The notes below the pieces were generated by a model, which saw only the letters and a list, made by a program, of their open reading frames with translations, was not told where the DNA came from and made no database searches. A stretch of DNA of 64,000 bases from assembly GCF_001194135.2 (NCBI RefSeq), contig NC_068990.1, forward strand, positions 37,525,417 to 37,589,416. The letters run 5' to 3'. The first letter of the stretch is position 1; every line of letters begins with the position of its first letter. Below are positions 38,256-52,395 of the stretch, one piece after another. The stretch is from Octopus bimaculoides (taxonomy: Eukaryota). The translations under genes were made by a program, and so were the position numbers.

Positions 38256-38915
38256 TTGGGTCATCCCATAAATAATGCAGATTTTTCAATTGCACGAACT
38301 AAAAGTCAAGTCAGAGGGGTATATGATAAACTATGTGCATCAACTTGCTATAAAAGCAAGTACTAATTTTACCTTGTCCTTTTTCATAGTGCAAGTTTTG
38401 AAGAGTGCAGTTCGATTTGAAGTTACTTTAACAAAGCTATAATGAAAGTGACAAAGGAGCATATTCGGCATATTTTGCTTTATGAGTTAAATAAAGGCAA
38501 CAACGCAATGGCCAGTGCAAGAAAAATTCATGTAGTATATAGGAATCAGACAATAAGTGTAAGCCAGTGTCGACAGTGGTTTCAGAAATTCTGAACTGGA
38601 AGCTACTGCCTGGAAGATGAGCTTTGTCCTGGGAGATCTGTAGAGCTCGGCGTGAATGTCCTACAAACCCTGGTGGAACAAAATCCCATTGTAACTATTG
38701 AGGATCTAGCAGAGAAGCCTGGATTTGCTCATTCAACCATTCATGGATACCTGCATGCCATCAGAAAAGTCAGCAAATTGGGTCAATGGGTTCCTCACAA
38801 ACTTTCCTAGTCTAATCATGTACAGATAGTGAATGTGTGCTCTTCTTTGTTGTCATGTCTCACAAATGAACCAATTTTGAACCAAATAGTGATGGGTGAT
38901 GAGAAATGGGTTCTT
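38256..38915 (+). pseudogene. 5' half of a mariner (DD34D) element
   Basis: TA-TTGGGTCATCCC end. The ORF from 38442 reads MKVTKEHIRHILLYELNKGNNA...LGQWVPHKLS*...QIVMGDEKWVL (HTH, WVPHEL and first catalytic Asp), with in-frame stops. Confidence 0.9.
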
Positions 38916-40472
38916 CTTGTCGTTCCTCTACTATTTTCTGTTAACCTTCAATCCCACACATCATCAGCCAGCACATCATCAGCCAACATTGATTTTATTC
39001 ACCCAATAGGTGTCACTTAATCTTCTTTATGCATTACTTATCATCCACTGAACATGTTCTTCATTATTTCTACACTCTCAGCCCTTCATCATCACTAAAC
39101 CATCTCTCCCTTCCAACAAACACACTTGTAGCTTCTCATCATTCACACTCCTGGTTCTTCTGCCCCTACTCACTTATACTCACCTCATACCTTGAAGGTC
39201 CGCACAAATGCCTCATCATCTCTATTTTATCTCATCCCTGCTGCATCCCAAACACAGCTACCCTCTCTTCTGAACTACAAGTAGACTTGTGGCACCTGTA
39301 TAGTAAGGACCCTCTTCTGTTGTGGCCCCTTTCATACTTTAACCCTTTATCTCCTAGTATAACTTACTTCTCTAGTATAGGTGGTCATGAAAAAAGCACT
39401 CTGTACATGACGTGAAGTATCTGGCATTTAGGAGGGGCATCAAGCTGTAGAAGCCATACCAAAGTAAACAGTGGAGCATGATGCCTTCCTTGGACTCCTT
39501 GGCTCCCATTAGACTATCCAACACATGCCAACATGGAGAAAAGGCATTAAATAATGATGCTATTCCATATATCATTCTATAGTTTTTATATGCTTAGATA
39601 TTATTGCTCAGAAATTTGAATTTCTTTAGTTTATTTAGCCTTTTGCAAAACACTTGCATATAGCAATATTTTCATTATATTTATGATATATAAATATATA
39701 CATATGCAAAATACATACCCACATGCACACACATATGCACACATTTATGCAAAACTAAGTTGACCGATACAGTTTTTTCATAAACTAGAGAAATATATTA
39801 ACATTAGGAAGAAAAACAAAACAAAAAAAAAAAACAGAAAAACCTAATGTATTGAAATGAAGTAAAAATCTGTTTGACTGATTAAACAAATTTTGATGTG
39901 ATGTGGCAGACATAATATATAGAAGAAAATGAGAGGCAAAATTTTGCTTTCAGATATTTTGAGTTGAAAAAAAAAGAATGTAAAAAAGAGAGAGAGAAAG
40001 AAAAAAATGAAAAGAGAGAAAGAAAAAAAATGAAAAAAAGGAAACAAATACATAAGAAAGAAATAAGGAAAAGAAGGAGAATAAAATAAATGAATTGAGA
40101 ATGAAATATCAACAGAGAAAAAGATATTTAGTAAACAACATTGTGCAAAGTGTATTAATTTCATTTTGTATTTGTGCAGTCAGTTGAAAACATTTGTGCA
40201 ATATTTGTGCACAGATATTTACACAAACAAGTACAAATATACATACATATAAAAATACAACAAATACACACACACATATATATAATGTTCATGACAGTGT
40301 ATAAGCATCCTACTGAATAACACAATAATATGAGATTCAAAATAGATATTTACATTTGAAAGAATACAAAATGTATATTTTTATATATAATATATGTAAA
40401 CATTACATATATGAAACTGTGTTTAGACAATTTGTCTGTGCATATATATAAATATATATATACTTCTATTTA

Positions 40473-40513
<41 letters not shown>

Positions 40514-40762
40514 NNNNNNNNNNNNNNNNNNNNNNNNNNNNNNNNNNNNNNNNNNNNNNNNNNNNNNNNNNNNNNNNNNNNNNNNNNNNNNNNNNNNNNN
40601 NNNNNNNNNNNNNNNNNNNNNNNNNNNNNNNNNNNNNNNNNNNNNNNNNNNNNNNNNNNNNNNNNNNNNNNNNNNNNNNNNNNNNNNNNNNNNNNNNNNN
40701 NNNNNNNNNNNNNNNNNNNNNNNNNNNNNNNNNNNNNNNNNNNNNNNNNNNNNNNNNNNNNN

Positions 40763-40795
<33 letters not shown>

Positions 40796-41389
40796 TATAT
40801 ATATGTGTGTGTGTATATGTGTAAATGAATAAGTATATGTATTATATATATATTTAAATGTATACATATATATATATATATACATATACATAATACATAA
40901 TATACATACACACACACACACATATACATATATACACATGCATAATTATACATACACATATATACATATATCTATTTATTCACACACACACACACACCTA
41001 TATATATTCATAAGATGCCCACACTCTGAATACAGTATTTTCCCTAATTAATTTGTATACTTTCATTAGATAAATTAAAGTTCATTCTTATTTATCATTG
41101 TAGGTATATGTGATGGATTTCATTGCTTGCATGAATGTATACACACACACACACACACATACATACACAAACAAACAGGAATACATATGTATTATATATT
41201 TATACTCATTTATAAACACATGTACATGTATGTATGTAGTTATCTAGATGTATATATATATGTTTGCAAACTATGTGTGTGTTCTTTTTGTATATGTCTA
41301 TCTCTGTGTTTACGTATCTTTCTGTGAATGTAACTCTAAAATTTAATTCATCACTTCTAGTGTCTCTATAGGCAGACTTGCATACATAC

Positions 41390-41429
<40 letters not shown>

Positions 41430-41509
41430 TATATATGTGTGTGTGTGTGTGTGTGCATGCACATGTATATATATCTAATATATCTATTTTTGTCTAGCTA
41501 TCAATATAG

Positions 41510-41544
<35 letters not shown>

Positions 41545-41545
<1 letters not shown>

Positions 41546-42060
41546 TACCATCATTGTTTAATGTCTACTTTCCATGCTGGCATGGGCTGGACAGTTTGAC
41601 ACGGAGTTGGCCGGCTTGGAGCTGGCCAGACTCCAATTGTCTGTTGTGGCATGGTTTTCATGGCTGGATGCCCTTCCTAATGCCAACCACTAAACAGAGC
41701 ATGCTGGGTGCCTCTTATGTGTCATTGGCTCAAGTGTGTTTACACAGCACTAGTCTGGGTACATTTATGCAGCACTGGCCTGCATGTGCTTATGCAGCAC
41801 CAGCACAGATGCATTTATGCATCACCACAAATAGAGTCCTTACATAGCACCAGCATGAGTGTTTTTTAAGTAAGTTGCACCAACATCTGAAAGGATAAGC
41901 CTGTATGTGTGGAAGACAATGCTTTTACTTAGCTTGTCGTGTCTTATCAAGTACAGCAAATTGCCATATCTCCTTGTCGCTTGTCATTTCCTCAGTGAGG
42001 CCCAGCATTCAAAGATCCTTTCTCACCACTTCATCTCATGTCTTCCTGTGTCTACCCCTT
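41545..42060 (-). mobile_element. Diverged RTE 3' UTR copy
   Basis: Shared terminus at 41550-41700 and the upstream UTR segment also seen at about 7700-7810 and about 12020-12080. Confidence 0.7.
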
Positions 42061-42199
42061 TCACTGGTACCCTCCACAATTCAGCAATTTTGTAGTACTC
42101 TTTTTACTTATGACTATGTTGATGTATAACAATAAAATATTTGTTTAAACTTTTCTTCTGTCACACATATGGAACTTTATGAAATGCTTCTAGATTTAA

Positions 42200-42890
42200 T
42201 ATTGCATTGCAGAATTTGTCTAGTGGATTTGTATTTTTGTTCCTTCATGAATATAAATCCTGCAACTTCAGGCTTTATCTCTTAAAATATTTTCTGTCTA
42301 AGGTCAGGAGAGAAGTATGTATTTATTAAAGTTAAGAAATCTCAAGCCAATTAAATGCTAAATTGAGTGAAATGGGGCTGTGATCAACAAGCTATCATGT
42401 CTCCTCCTTTTATTTGTGGAGAGAGGAATGAAGTGTATAACATGTTTTGCTATTAAATCTAGTTTGGACTTCATTGTAGTGTTGGTCTGCCTTATTTGCT
42501 AATTCGAGGAAAGATTGCAGATCCTTTTGCTGGTGTTGTAGAGAAGGTTCTTTGTTGATGGTGACATGAGCCTACATAAATCTAAAGGGACATTTCACTT
42601 GGATTCTTAAAAAGGCTGATGTAGACTAGTTGGAAAATCTAATTTAACATCAAAAGTGTCAACAATAGTTAGGTTGGTCATTTTAGTTATTTCAAGACCA
42701 AAAGAACCAGTAGTGTGGATAATGTCCTTCCTTAATTTGAATAATATGTGTCCATTAGTTATTTTAATTCTAATTAACTAACCCATTGTCTTTACAGACC
42801 AAAGCTTATGGTAGTAAATTTCCTAATACAGTCGGAATGTTTTTGATGATGTAGCCTGAGTGGTACAAATCTGTACTCCATGAACTTATT
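42200..42890 (-). pseudogene. Penelope-like element reverse-transcriptase remnant
   Basis: Decayed (D)GVQIC, then G-L-(Y)-(R)-D-N-G-L, then KLRKDII...GLEITKMTNLTIVDTFDVKLD...KRICNLSS...KRRRH...APF...IGLRFLNF. This is the order of motifs in PLE RTs of the DGAEICE/GLYRDDGL type. Confidence 0.7.
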
Positions 42891-43470
42891 ATTATAGACC
42901 TCTGTCCATTGGAGTGCTAATTTATAATGCAATATATGTTATATCCATAAATTTGCTGTATTATTTAATTATATACACCCACAACCAAACACATACATAA
43001 ATCAGTAAATTATTATGAAGATGTGCTCCATTGTGGATGGTTTATGGCTAAACAACAACATTACCATATTGGAGAGAAAACTGCGTTAGAATTACAATAT
43101 CTTTTTCTACAAACACATTCTCATAAAGTCTAACTTAAGATATTTCATTTCCAAACAATTTTACTGGTATGGATCTGAATAGTAATGGTCTTGCTTGAAA
43201 AATTGGGGTTTTGTCAAAGGTGTCAAAAGGAGAGAATTATATTCTATGGTAATGCCATATCAAGAAATGGAAAAGTGAGGAACTGTATTGTTTTAGCAGA
43301 GAACTACTTTGAAAAGGAAAAACTACTGCATATTAACAGCTAACATTATCTTTATAATTATAACTTACACACACACACACATATGTATGTGTGTATATGC
43401 ATTCATGCATGTGTATATATGTACACAAACACATACATATATTTGTAAATATGCATGTATATATATATAT

Positions 43471-43521
<51 letters not shown>

Positions 43522-43525
<4 letters not shown>

Positions 43526-44539
43526 GTTGAGTTAAAAGTTTCTCAGATCTTCACTGATGATATTTTTGCAAATTTTATCTTCATGTTATATCGTCAATTT
43601 GCTAAATTGCTTATTCTTCATTTTCACATATGACATATAAACATTCTTTATTCTTCATTTTACAGTTTTGATAATGAGTAGTGGAAAATTGTAATAAGAG
43701 CTATTTTACACTACCTGTGGAACAAAGGAATGAGTTCAAGGACAGTGGGAAATGTAATTGATGATATGGAAGTCCCAGGAATGGTCAACAAATGTATGGT
43801 GCCAAATTGGATACGATAATTCAAGGAAGATGACACCAGCTCGAGCACAAATCAAGGTCAGGGAGGCCTTCATTTGTGGAAAATGAGGCCATGCTTGGAA
43901 TAGTTGAGCAACAACCATGCACAAGCTCACATAAATTGTCATCAGAACTTGGTATTTCACAGAGCACTATCAATTGACACCTCTATAATCTAGGTCTTGT
44001 GAACAGATGCTGTCCAGAAGTTCATGAACTCACTAATGACTAGGAACAACGACGTATGAACATTTGCAGACAACTTCTAGTAAATTCTCAAGATGCCAGT
44101 TTTCTTGATGGGGATGGAAAATGGATCTATTTTGATAATTGTAATAAGACAATCAGTGATTTTTGCTCAGAACAGGCTTTGGAATTGGTTGCCAAACAAG
44201 GGTAGTCTTAACAGAAGGTTTTGTTGTGTATAGTAGAATTTTGAGTGCGTGCTGCAGCATGGTGCCTAACACCCAGACCTTACACCATCAGATTATCACC
44301 TTTTCTGAGACATTGCTCATTTCCTGCATGGATGGAGGATCAACAATATGGGTGAAGTTAAATATGGGTGCAGAGAGTTTTTTACCTCTAAACCACCTAA
44401 ATGGTATAAGCATGGAATTGAGCTTCCGGCACAATGATGGCAACAGACAATAGAATATGATGGAACATATTTTCATAGGTAATTTGTTTGAAAAATTAAT
44501 TAAAGCTTGAACTAGGAAAACACTTTTGACTGTGCCTGG
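43522..44539 (+). mobile_element. Internally deleted mariner element with both TIRs
   Basis: TA-TCAGGTTGAGTTAAAAGT ... ACTTTTGACTGTGCCTGG-TA. It encodes IRAILHYLWNKG...RSGRPS...GDGKWIYFDN and PDLTPSDYHLF*...FFTSKPPKWYKHGI...EYDGTYF; the second catalytic region is missing. Confidence 0.85.
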
Positions 44540-44754
44540 TATAGAGTAAAGAACCACTTTGGTTATGAATGAAAGTTCCCCTCCTAGGCACAAATCTGGG
44601 CAAAAATATTTGTGGAAGTCCAGCAGTTGCATAGCAGTATCCTGTCTCATTGCCACTTTGTATATATATAATGATAATGATAATAATAATAATATTGTAT
44701 ATATATAATGAGTTCTGTATGTGTGAGTAAATACATACCTACATACATAGACAT

Positions 44755-44985
44755 CATCATGTGTTTCTTTTACTATGGTAAGAAGTTGTTCATAGGGCCC
44801 TATTGCAGCCTTATTCTTCTTTGCACTTCCTCATTTGTGACACAATCTCTGTATGATATTTCCAAAAGTCTCCTAAAACATTGCATCTCTGTAGCCTGGA
44901 TTCTTCTTTCGATTCCTGCTGTCAATATCCATGTCTCACAGCACACAGTAGTATTGAGATCACTAGTGATCTCATTAGCCTAATT
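44755..44985 (-). pseudogene. RTE (BovB-like) ORF C-terminal fragment, a second RTE family
   Basis: RLMRSLVISILL..CETWILTAGIERRIQATEMQCFRRLLEISYRDCVTNEEVQRRI..AIGPYEQLLTIVK. Confidence 0.8.
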
Positions 44986-45510
44986 TTGGAGCTCAGTGAG
45001 ATATAAACAGCAGGGTGCAATGTGATACCATAAAGGAAAAATTCAGTCATTACTGTGACTAAGAGCACTGAAGCACCTGCATTGCTAGAAATAAGAGTTA
45101 AAATGCTCTTAATGCTTAAGAAGAGCACAAATATACACATATGCCGACAGGTGAGATAACCACCCCATGAGTGTCTCAAGGACCAGCCAAACTAGGTGTA
45201 GTTTTGCCAATGCTGTAGGCATTATCAGTGGTGACTGCTCAAATGGCTCATGGACAGCTAATTCCATCTACCAGCATATATATATATATATATANNNNNN
45301 NNNNNNNNNNNNNNNNNNNNNNNNNNNNNNNNNNNNNNNNNNNNNNNNNNNNNNNNNNNNNNNNNNNNNNNNNNNNNNNNNNNNNNNNNNNNNNNNNNNN
45401 NNNNNNNNNNNNNNNNNNNNNNNNNNNNNNNNNNNNNNNNNNNNNNNNNNNNNNNNNNNNNNNNNNNNNNNNNNNNNNNNNNNNNNNNNNNNNNNNNNNN
45501 NNNNNNNNNN

Positions 45511-45814
45511 TGGTGTTTATTGAGCAAAAACACCTAAAGCTCCACGTGGCTCCAGCAGGGGATGGTGGCAAACCCTGCTGTATTCTTTCACCACAACTTT
45601 CTCTCACTTTTTCTTCCTGTTTCTGTTGTGCCAATAATTCACAGGGTCAGCCTTGTCACACTGTGTCACGCTGAATATCCCCGAGAACTACATTAAAGGT
45701 ACACGTGTCTGTGGAGTGCTCAGCCATTTGCACGTTAATTTCACGAGCAGGCTGTTCAATTGATCGGATCAACTAGAACCCTCGACGTCATAAGCAACGG
45801 AGTGCCAACAACAA
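45511..45814 (+). mobile_element. SINE family D body and tail (head lost in the gap)
   Basis: A GC-richer block ending ...CGGAGTGCCAACAACAA, a repeat I recall as abundant in octopus. No ORF. Assignment is from recall. Confidence 0.55.
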
Positions 45815-46800
45815 TATCTATATGTATGAATGTATGTATGTATGTATAAATGTATATATCAAACAAGGGGATCTCTATCACTTGAGGAGGATTTGGTTAT
45901 TGAATCAGCTATGTAAATAACCTGTTTCTGAACTAATGGGTGCCTATGCATTCCACTGGCATGAGTATCCTTAACTTAATTTGCAGGCAGAATAAATGTG
46001 AAAAAGAATGTCAGGACTGTACTTTTGAATTTCAAGTACAATCACACCAATAGATTTCTGGTGTCAACCCAGTAGCATTCACAAACTATGGGGCGACCCA
46101 AATTTATAGAAAATGAAAATTGCTTACAATTTCATTTAGTAGAACCAAACCTGGAACCTTGTGATCACGACACAAAGTTTTAACCATTTGGACATCCTGT
46201 GCCTACATGCACACTCTCACACATGTGCACACATATATGTAAGCACAAATATATATGTATGTACGTACGTATGTATTTATGTATGTATGTATGTATTAAT
46301 ATATATTTATATGTGTGCGCATATGTATGTATTTGTATATGTGTGTATTTCTGTATTAGCTATTGACATGCGTAATGACAACACTAGAGCAGTAGAAATT
46401 GAATTGAAAGTCAGAATTATGAATTTTTGGAATCCCCCATTATCAAACAGACTATCAGAAATGATTTGCTAAGGGACTGAAAAATAATAACATATATCTT
46501 GGTTAGTCAATCTTTCAGGTTTGAAATGGAAATAGAAACACAAAGCAAGGAGAAAATGATAGAGCTCTTTAAATGAAACATAAATGTTCCATAGATTATA
46601 GTTTTGTAAGAAAGTGAGAAATTTCGAGATTGCATTGCTTTTGTTCTCTTTGTCTCCTTATCTAAAAAAAATTTATGGTATATGCTTCACAGAATATTAT
46701 TTTGGTTATGAAAAAAAATCTATATTTTCTTTTGCTAATTTTTTGGTATGGGCTTTTTTTTTTATAGATTTGTTTGCTTGCTTGTTATCTTTTTCCTGAC

Positions 46801-46833
<33 letters not shown>

Positions 46834-48169
46834 GATTATTATTATTATTATTAAGTATGCCATCCCTATTTTCAGATTAGGTTTTTGGCATTGAAATAAT
46901 AGCTTAGATCTAAGAAATAAATTTTTAGGGTTTGTCTTTATTTTATTTTATTACACCATATTTTATAAATTTTTTTTTTATTCTTATATTCATGTCCAAA
47001 AGATTGTGCACATGTGTGTGTGTGTGTATGTGTGTTTGTGCATGCATGTGTGAGTGTGAGTCTGTTTGTGTTACTTTTTAGTTTGAATGTTAGAAATCTG
47101 AAATTGTTCGATTTCCTAAAAGCTACTTTGCCATGCTTACTGCCATATCAATGATACGCCTTCAATTTGAGCTGCTTCACTACAAATTGACCTGCTGTAA
47201 TGTATTCCAAACAGAACAGTTCCTTTATAATGGATCCACAAATTTTTCAATGTTCTTTTTTTCTTCTTCTACTAAATTATATTCACTTTTATGAGATCCA
47301 ACACTGAACAGAATGTGTGAAATTAGCTGCTGTGGCATTTATGCTTTTCTATAAATTATTTTATCACAAAAGAAATAATCTGAAGGCTCCAGTCTCTTGT
47401 AAAACAAAGAAAGATGCATTCCTTTCTTACACCTGTTAGCCAGTTTAATGCTCAGTTTTATTTTAAAGTGTCCATCACCTTAGAAACATGGAGGTCGTAG
47501 CTTGATGATTTCACTTGGACATGGTCGAAAAAATATAAAACAATGAGATTTTATAATGAGTATATGTCCAAAATATCATGGTATTTTTCTCAAAAAACAG
47601 ATATGTCTCCAAATCAGTAAATATTCTCCACATATTATAAAAACATTCTTGTGGGTCACTTTGCAAAAATGCATTTTAAGGTGTGGCAAGGGTTCAAAAT
47701 GAAATAAAGAAATTCATCAGCTCAAAACAGTTAACCATCCTGAGTTCACAGCTTTCCACAAGTCACATATAATTAATTAATTTGCCATGATTCATCATTG
47801 TCATCCTTACCCTCATCTGCATTCTCCTCATCCTCCTCCTCCGCATCATCATCATCATCATAATCACTGTTATCATCATGATTTTATGACTGCTTTCCAT
47901 GCTGGCATGAGCTGAATGGTTTGTCATGCTTGGAGTTGTATCTTATTCAGAGTTACAGCATCCAACATGGGTTGAAGGAACACGTCTGACACAGATCTCA
48001 ATTTGGCAGAGTTTCTATGGCAAGATGTCCTATTAAATACCAACTATTTTACAGAGTATCCAGAATGTATTTTATACTGGCTTTGTTGCTTTTGAGGTCC
48101 TTTTATAAACTACAAGATTAAAGTGCCTCCACCTTTTCAGAATGAAGCATAGAAAGGAATATGATGATA

Positions 48170-48420
48170 TCATCATCATCATCATCATCATCATCATTAA
48201 TGTCCGTGTTACATCCTGGCATGGGTTGGATGGTTTGGCTGGGGACAGGCAAGCCAGGTGGCTGCACCAGGCTCCAATCTGACCTGGCAGTGTTTCTACA
48301 GCTGGAAACCCTTCCTAATGCCAACCACTCAGAGTGTAGAGGGTGCTTTTTAAGTGCCACCAGCATGGGAGGCAGTCAGGTGGCACTGGTATCGGCCACA
48401 TTTGGATAGTGCTTATGTAG
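48170..48420 (-). mobile_element. RTE 3' end copy (a more diverged one lies at about 47870-48060)
   Basis: (CAT)n tail and shared terminus. Confidence 0.8.
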
Positions 48421-48861
48421 AGTTGGTGGCTATTTTTAACAGCATGAATGGACATAACCTTGATGACAAAGTGCAAGTTCTAGATAGCAGCTTTTAAGAA
48501 CCTGGAGTGAATGCCACAGTAATATAATGACAATTAACTTCCTAAACATTGCCTTAGACCTCAACTAATGTAAACTTATGGCCTACAGAAAAGAAAATGA
48601 AAATCTTTCTTATATCAGCACTGAATCCATTTCTACATCAGCTCATCATTTTTAGGAATCACATATCAGCAATATTGGTAGAATGACAAGGAACCAATTA
48701 ATAAATTTGCAAATCACTGCAAGAATGTACTGGAAGCTAGTGGAAATTAATAATTAAAATTAAATTTTCCCCTAATCTAAACCCTGCTAATGAAGCCAAC
48801 TTTCATAGAAATTGTAACTAATGTAATTTGGTTGAACCCTCCATAAAAAAAATTAAACAAA

Positions 48862-49818
48862 AGCTTCCGCTATCTGGGTGACCAAGTTAGTAGTGGGGGT
48901 GGGTGCGCTGAAAGTGTAACTGCTAGAATAAGAATAGCCTGGGCCAAGTTTAGAGAGCTCTTACCTCTGCTGGCGACAAAGGGACTCTCACTCAGAGTAA
49001 AAGGTAGACTGTATGACGCATGTGTACGAACAGCCATGCTACATGGCAGTGAAACATGGGCTGTGACTGCTGAGGACATGCGTAAGCTCGCAAGGAATGA
49101 AGCCAGTATGCTCCGCTGGATGTGTAATGTAAATGTGCATACCCGTCAGAGTGTAAGTATCTTGAGAGAAAAGCTGAACATAAGAAGCATCAGTAGTGGT
49201 GTGCAAGAGAGACGATTGCGCTGGTTTGGACATATGGTGAGAATGAATGAGGATAGCTGCATGAAAANNNNNNNNNNNNNNNNNNNNNNNNNNNNNNNNN
49301 NNNNNNNNNNNNNNNNNNNNNNNNNNNNNNNNNNNNNNNNNNNNNNNNNNNNNNNNNNNNNNNNNNNNNNNNNNNNNNNNNNNNNNNNNNNNNNNNNNNN
49401 NNNNNNNNNNNNNNNNNNNNNNNNNNNNNNNNNNNNNNNNNNNNNNNNNNNNNNNNNNNNNNNNNNNNNNNNNNNNNNNNNNNNNNNNNNNNNNNNNNNN
49501 NNNNNNNNNNNNNNNNNNNNNNNNNNGGCACATAAGATGTACCATCCTGAGCGTGACCGTTGCCATGGCTCTTGTGCGGGTGGCACATAAAAGACACCAT
49601 TTCGAGCGTGGCCGTTTTCGTGCGGGTGACACGTAAAAGCACCCACTACACTCTCTGAGTGGTTGGCGTTAGGAAGGGCATCCAGCTGTAGAAACTCTGC
49701 CAAATTAGATTGGAGCCTGGTGTAGCCATCTGGTTGCACCAGTCCTCAGTCAAATCATCTAACCCATGCTAGCATGGAAAGCGGACGTTAAACGATGATG
49801 ATGATGATGATGATGATG
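48862..49818 (+). mobile_element. 5'-truncated, apparently young RTE LINE: end of ORF, 3' UTR and (GAT)n tail
   Basis: The uninterrupted frame FRYLGDQVSSGGGCAESVTARIRIAWAKFRELLPLLATKGLSLRVKGRLYDACVRTAMLHGSETW...RRLRWFGHMVRM runs to the gap at 49268. These are RTE post-RT motifs (YLG, YGSETW, LRWFGH). Confidence 0.92.
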
Positions 49819-50948
49819 TTGCTAAGAATTTCCTAAGTCTTGTATGGAAACATTTCTCCACAGGTCACCAATATTGCAACAATTTACTGAAGGACACTTA
49901 AAGATTAGCTGTATTTGTATGAATGATCTTCATTGTAGATAGTATGTGTCATGCACAGCCTAATAACCCTCCACCCCACCTAAAAAAAAGACCCAGTTAT
50001 GTGAACAATTATTCAAATAAGCCTCTTGACCTGGTAGCAGCAAATTAATGCTAATAGCCAAACGAAAAAATTATACTAGCTGGACGGTCTATGCAAAGCT
50101 GAATCCCTGATTTAACGAATAAGAGTCTTAAGAAGAATACAGACCTGAAGTTCATATATCAGAATGTGCAAAGGCATCTTCAAGAGCAGATACTTAAATC
50201 ACAATTCGTGCATTTGACTCACTGACAAAATGACAACATTATCAATCCACACCTGGTATTTGAAATACCACAATCTAGTCAATACCTCTGTTCATCAGCA
50301 CACAATTCTTTAGTGCAAATTCCTGTAGCTAGAGCAGTAATAATAGCATTTCATTTTCACCAAAGCTAAAAACTCCTTAAATAGAAAATCTGTGTTTGTT
50401 TTTAAGTGTTGCCATAAGAATGAGTTCAACCATTCCAACATCAGCACAGCTACTGGGTCAGATTAAAGATAAGCAACTGGCAAACAGGCAGTTGAACACA
50501 GTGAGGAAACATGCTACTATATACTGACTGACAATTATCTATTCTACTAGCCAAACCCACTTAAGTACAGTGTAAAGACAGAGACTGAAGCTCTGAGTAA
50601 TAAATGCTGCATGCTACAAATATTATCTTTTATGTGGAATATTTTCTCTACCAAAGTTATTTAGTACTTTCTGCTTTGGTTGTAGAGCTATCATGTACGC
50701 AATAGCACAAATGTATTATTACCTATCTGTGTATGTGTGTGTATATATATATATATATATNNNNNNNNNNNNNNNNNNNNNNNNNNNNNNNNNNNNNNNN
50801 NNNNNNNNNNNNNNNNNNNNNNNNNNNNNNNNNNNNNNNNNNNNNNNNNNNNNNNNNNNNNNNNNNNNNNNNNNNNNNNNNNNNNNNNNNNNNNNNNNNN
50901 NNNNNNNNNNNNNNNNNNNNNNNNNNNNNNNNNNNNNNNNNNNNNNNN

Positions 50949-50998
<50 letters not shown>

Positions 50999-52176
50999 AT
51001 AAGTGTGCATGATGCTTGTGTATATAGGCTTATTTAGATTCAATAAAAAAAACATTCTATTAATAAAAATGAAAATGAAAAGTAGTCTGCCAAAATAAAA
51101 TAACAGAATATTCCAGTTTCTCATTTTGCAAATATGCCAAAATATTATCCCTGTATCAGTTACTATCATTCTTACAACTGATAAATTTCCTCATTGACCT
51201 CATGCATATATTTCTTTTGCAAGTGGTCAATGATCATTGGAAGATATGAAGAACATATGTTCATAACATATTCAATGATATATTCAGTAACAAACACACT
51301 ACAATCTAGAACTTATATGGAAAAAATGCTGAAAATCCTCTCTTTAGATAATGTAAGAGTACATTCAATCTACTTTATATATTTCTGTAAAATATATTTC
51401 ATTAAATATATTATTTCACAGTCATCAACTTTCTCCTCCAACTAAATTCTCCTAAAGATTTTCTACCAACATGCAAGCCATGTATCATATTCCTTCCTGA
51501 AATAGAAATATCTTATCCCCTATTACTAATCTATATGTATTATCCAGGTAATATTTTATATTCAATATGATAGGGTCATATGTATGTAATATAGCGAATT
51601 GAAAAACTTTAACAGTTAAAAGATCTTTAACTCAATATAGTATATATGTGAGATCCTATTGTATTTTTATTTAGTAGGCAGAACACTTTTCTCAGATATT
51701 TTCCCCTGTTGGTGTTTGCTCTTATTCAAAATCCACTATCTCTATCCACAACCTACCTCTTTCAAATAGCAACAACAATGATTTCCAGTTATTGCAGCAC
51801 AAAGTCTCTCCTCCTTATTCTTCTAACATCACCTACTTCTTCTACAGCTTTTCAAATACATTCAAACACCAGTAGTCACTTGACTACCTGTTTCCAGCTT
51901 CAAAAGCATTTACCTTTCCGTTCTCTTTCACTGAAGTCCTTATCCTTGGTTTCTTCAGAGCACACAGGTACATAAGCCCTCTTACTCTCACAGCTGTGAG
52001 AAATTTTGCCAAGTTACTTCAGGGTGAAGCTGGAAATAAATCAGGCAGTAAACCCTGTATTGCTATTGAATGAATTAGTTGCAATGCTAAACTACAATAA
52101 CAATTAATATCCTCATCCACCTGTATCCCTCAAAACATTCTTGACCTCTTTATTACTTCCAAACCCAGCCTTTAAA

Positions 52177-52395
52177 CCTTTCGTTACCAGCCCGGCTGAA
52201 ACCGGCTCTGGCTCTGAGTACAAATGTCTTGTTTTTATAAGTTTTGAATTAAAATCTTCTACCAAACCTTAGTCACAATTTATGTTCCTAACACTAGCTG
52301 AATGATAACTAAGTTATTTTATTAGATTCTTTGTTATATTTAAAGTAATTCAAAGAAACACAGAGCATCTCAAAATAAATACGGTAATGAAAGGG
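52177..52395. mobile_element. piggyBac-type MITE
   Basis: TTAA-ACCTTTCGTTACC ... GGTAATGAAAGGG-TTAA: TTAA TSD with CCC/GGG-type termini. Confidence 0.8.

Noticed and set aside
47125-47270. Open minus-strand frame ending in GCA|GTAAGC
   Set aside because: Poor polypyrimidine tract and no recognisable protein similarity.
50180-50240. KCTNCD zinc-finger start on the minus strand
   Set aside because: An in-frame stop follows and there are no correctly spaced histidines.
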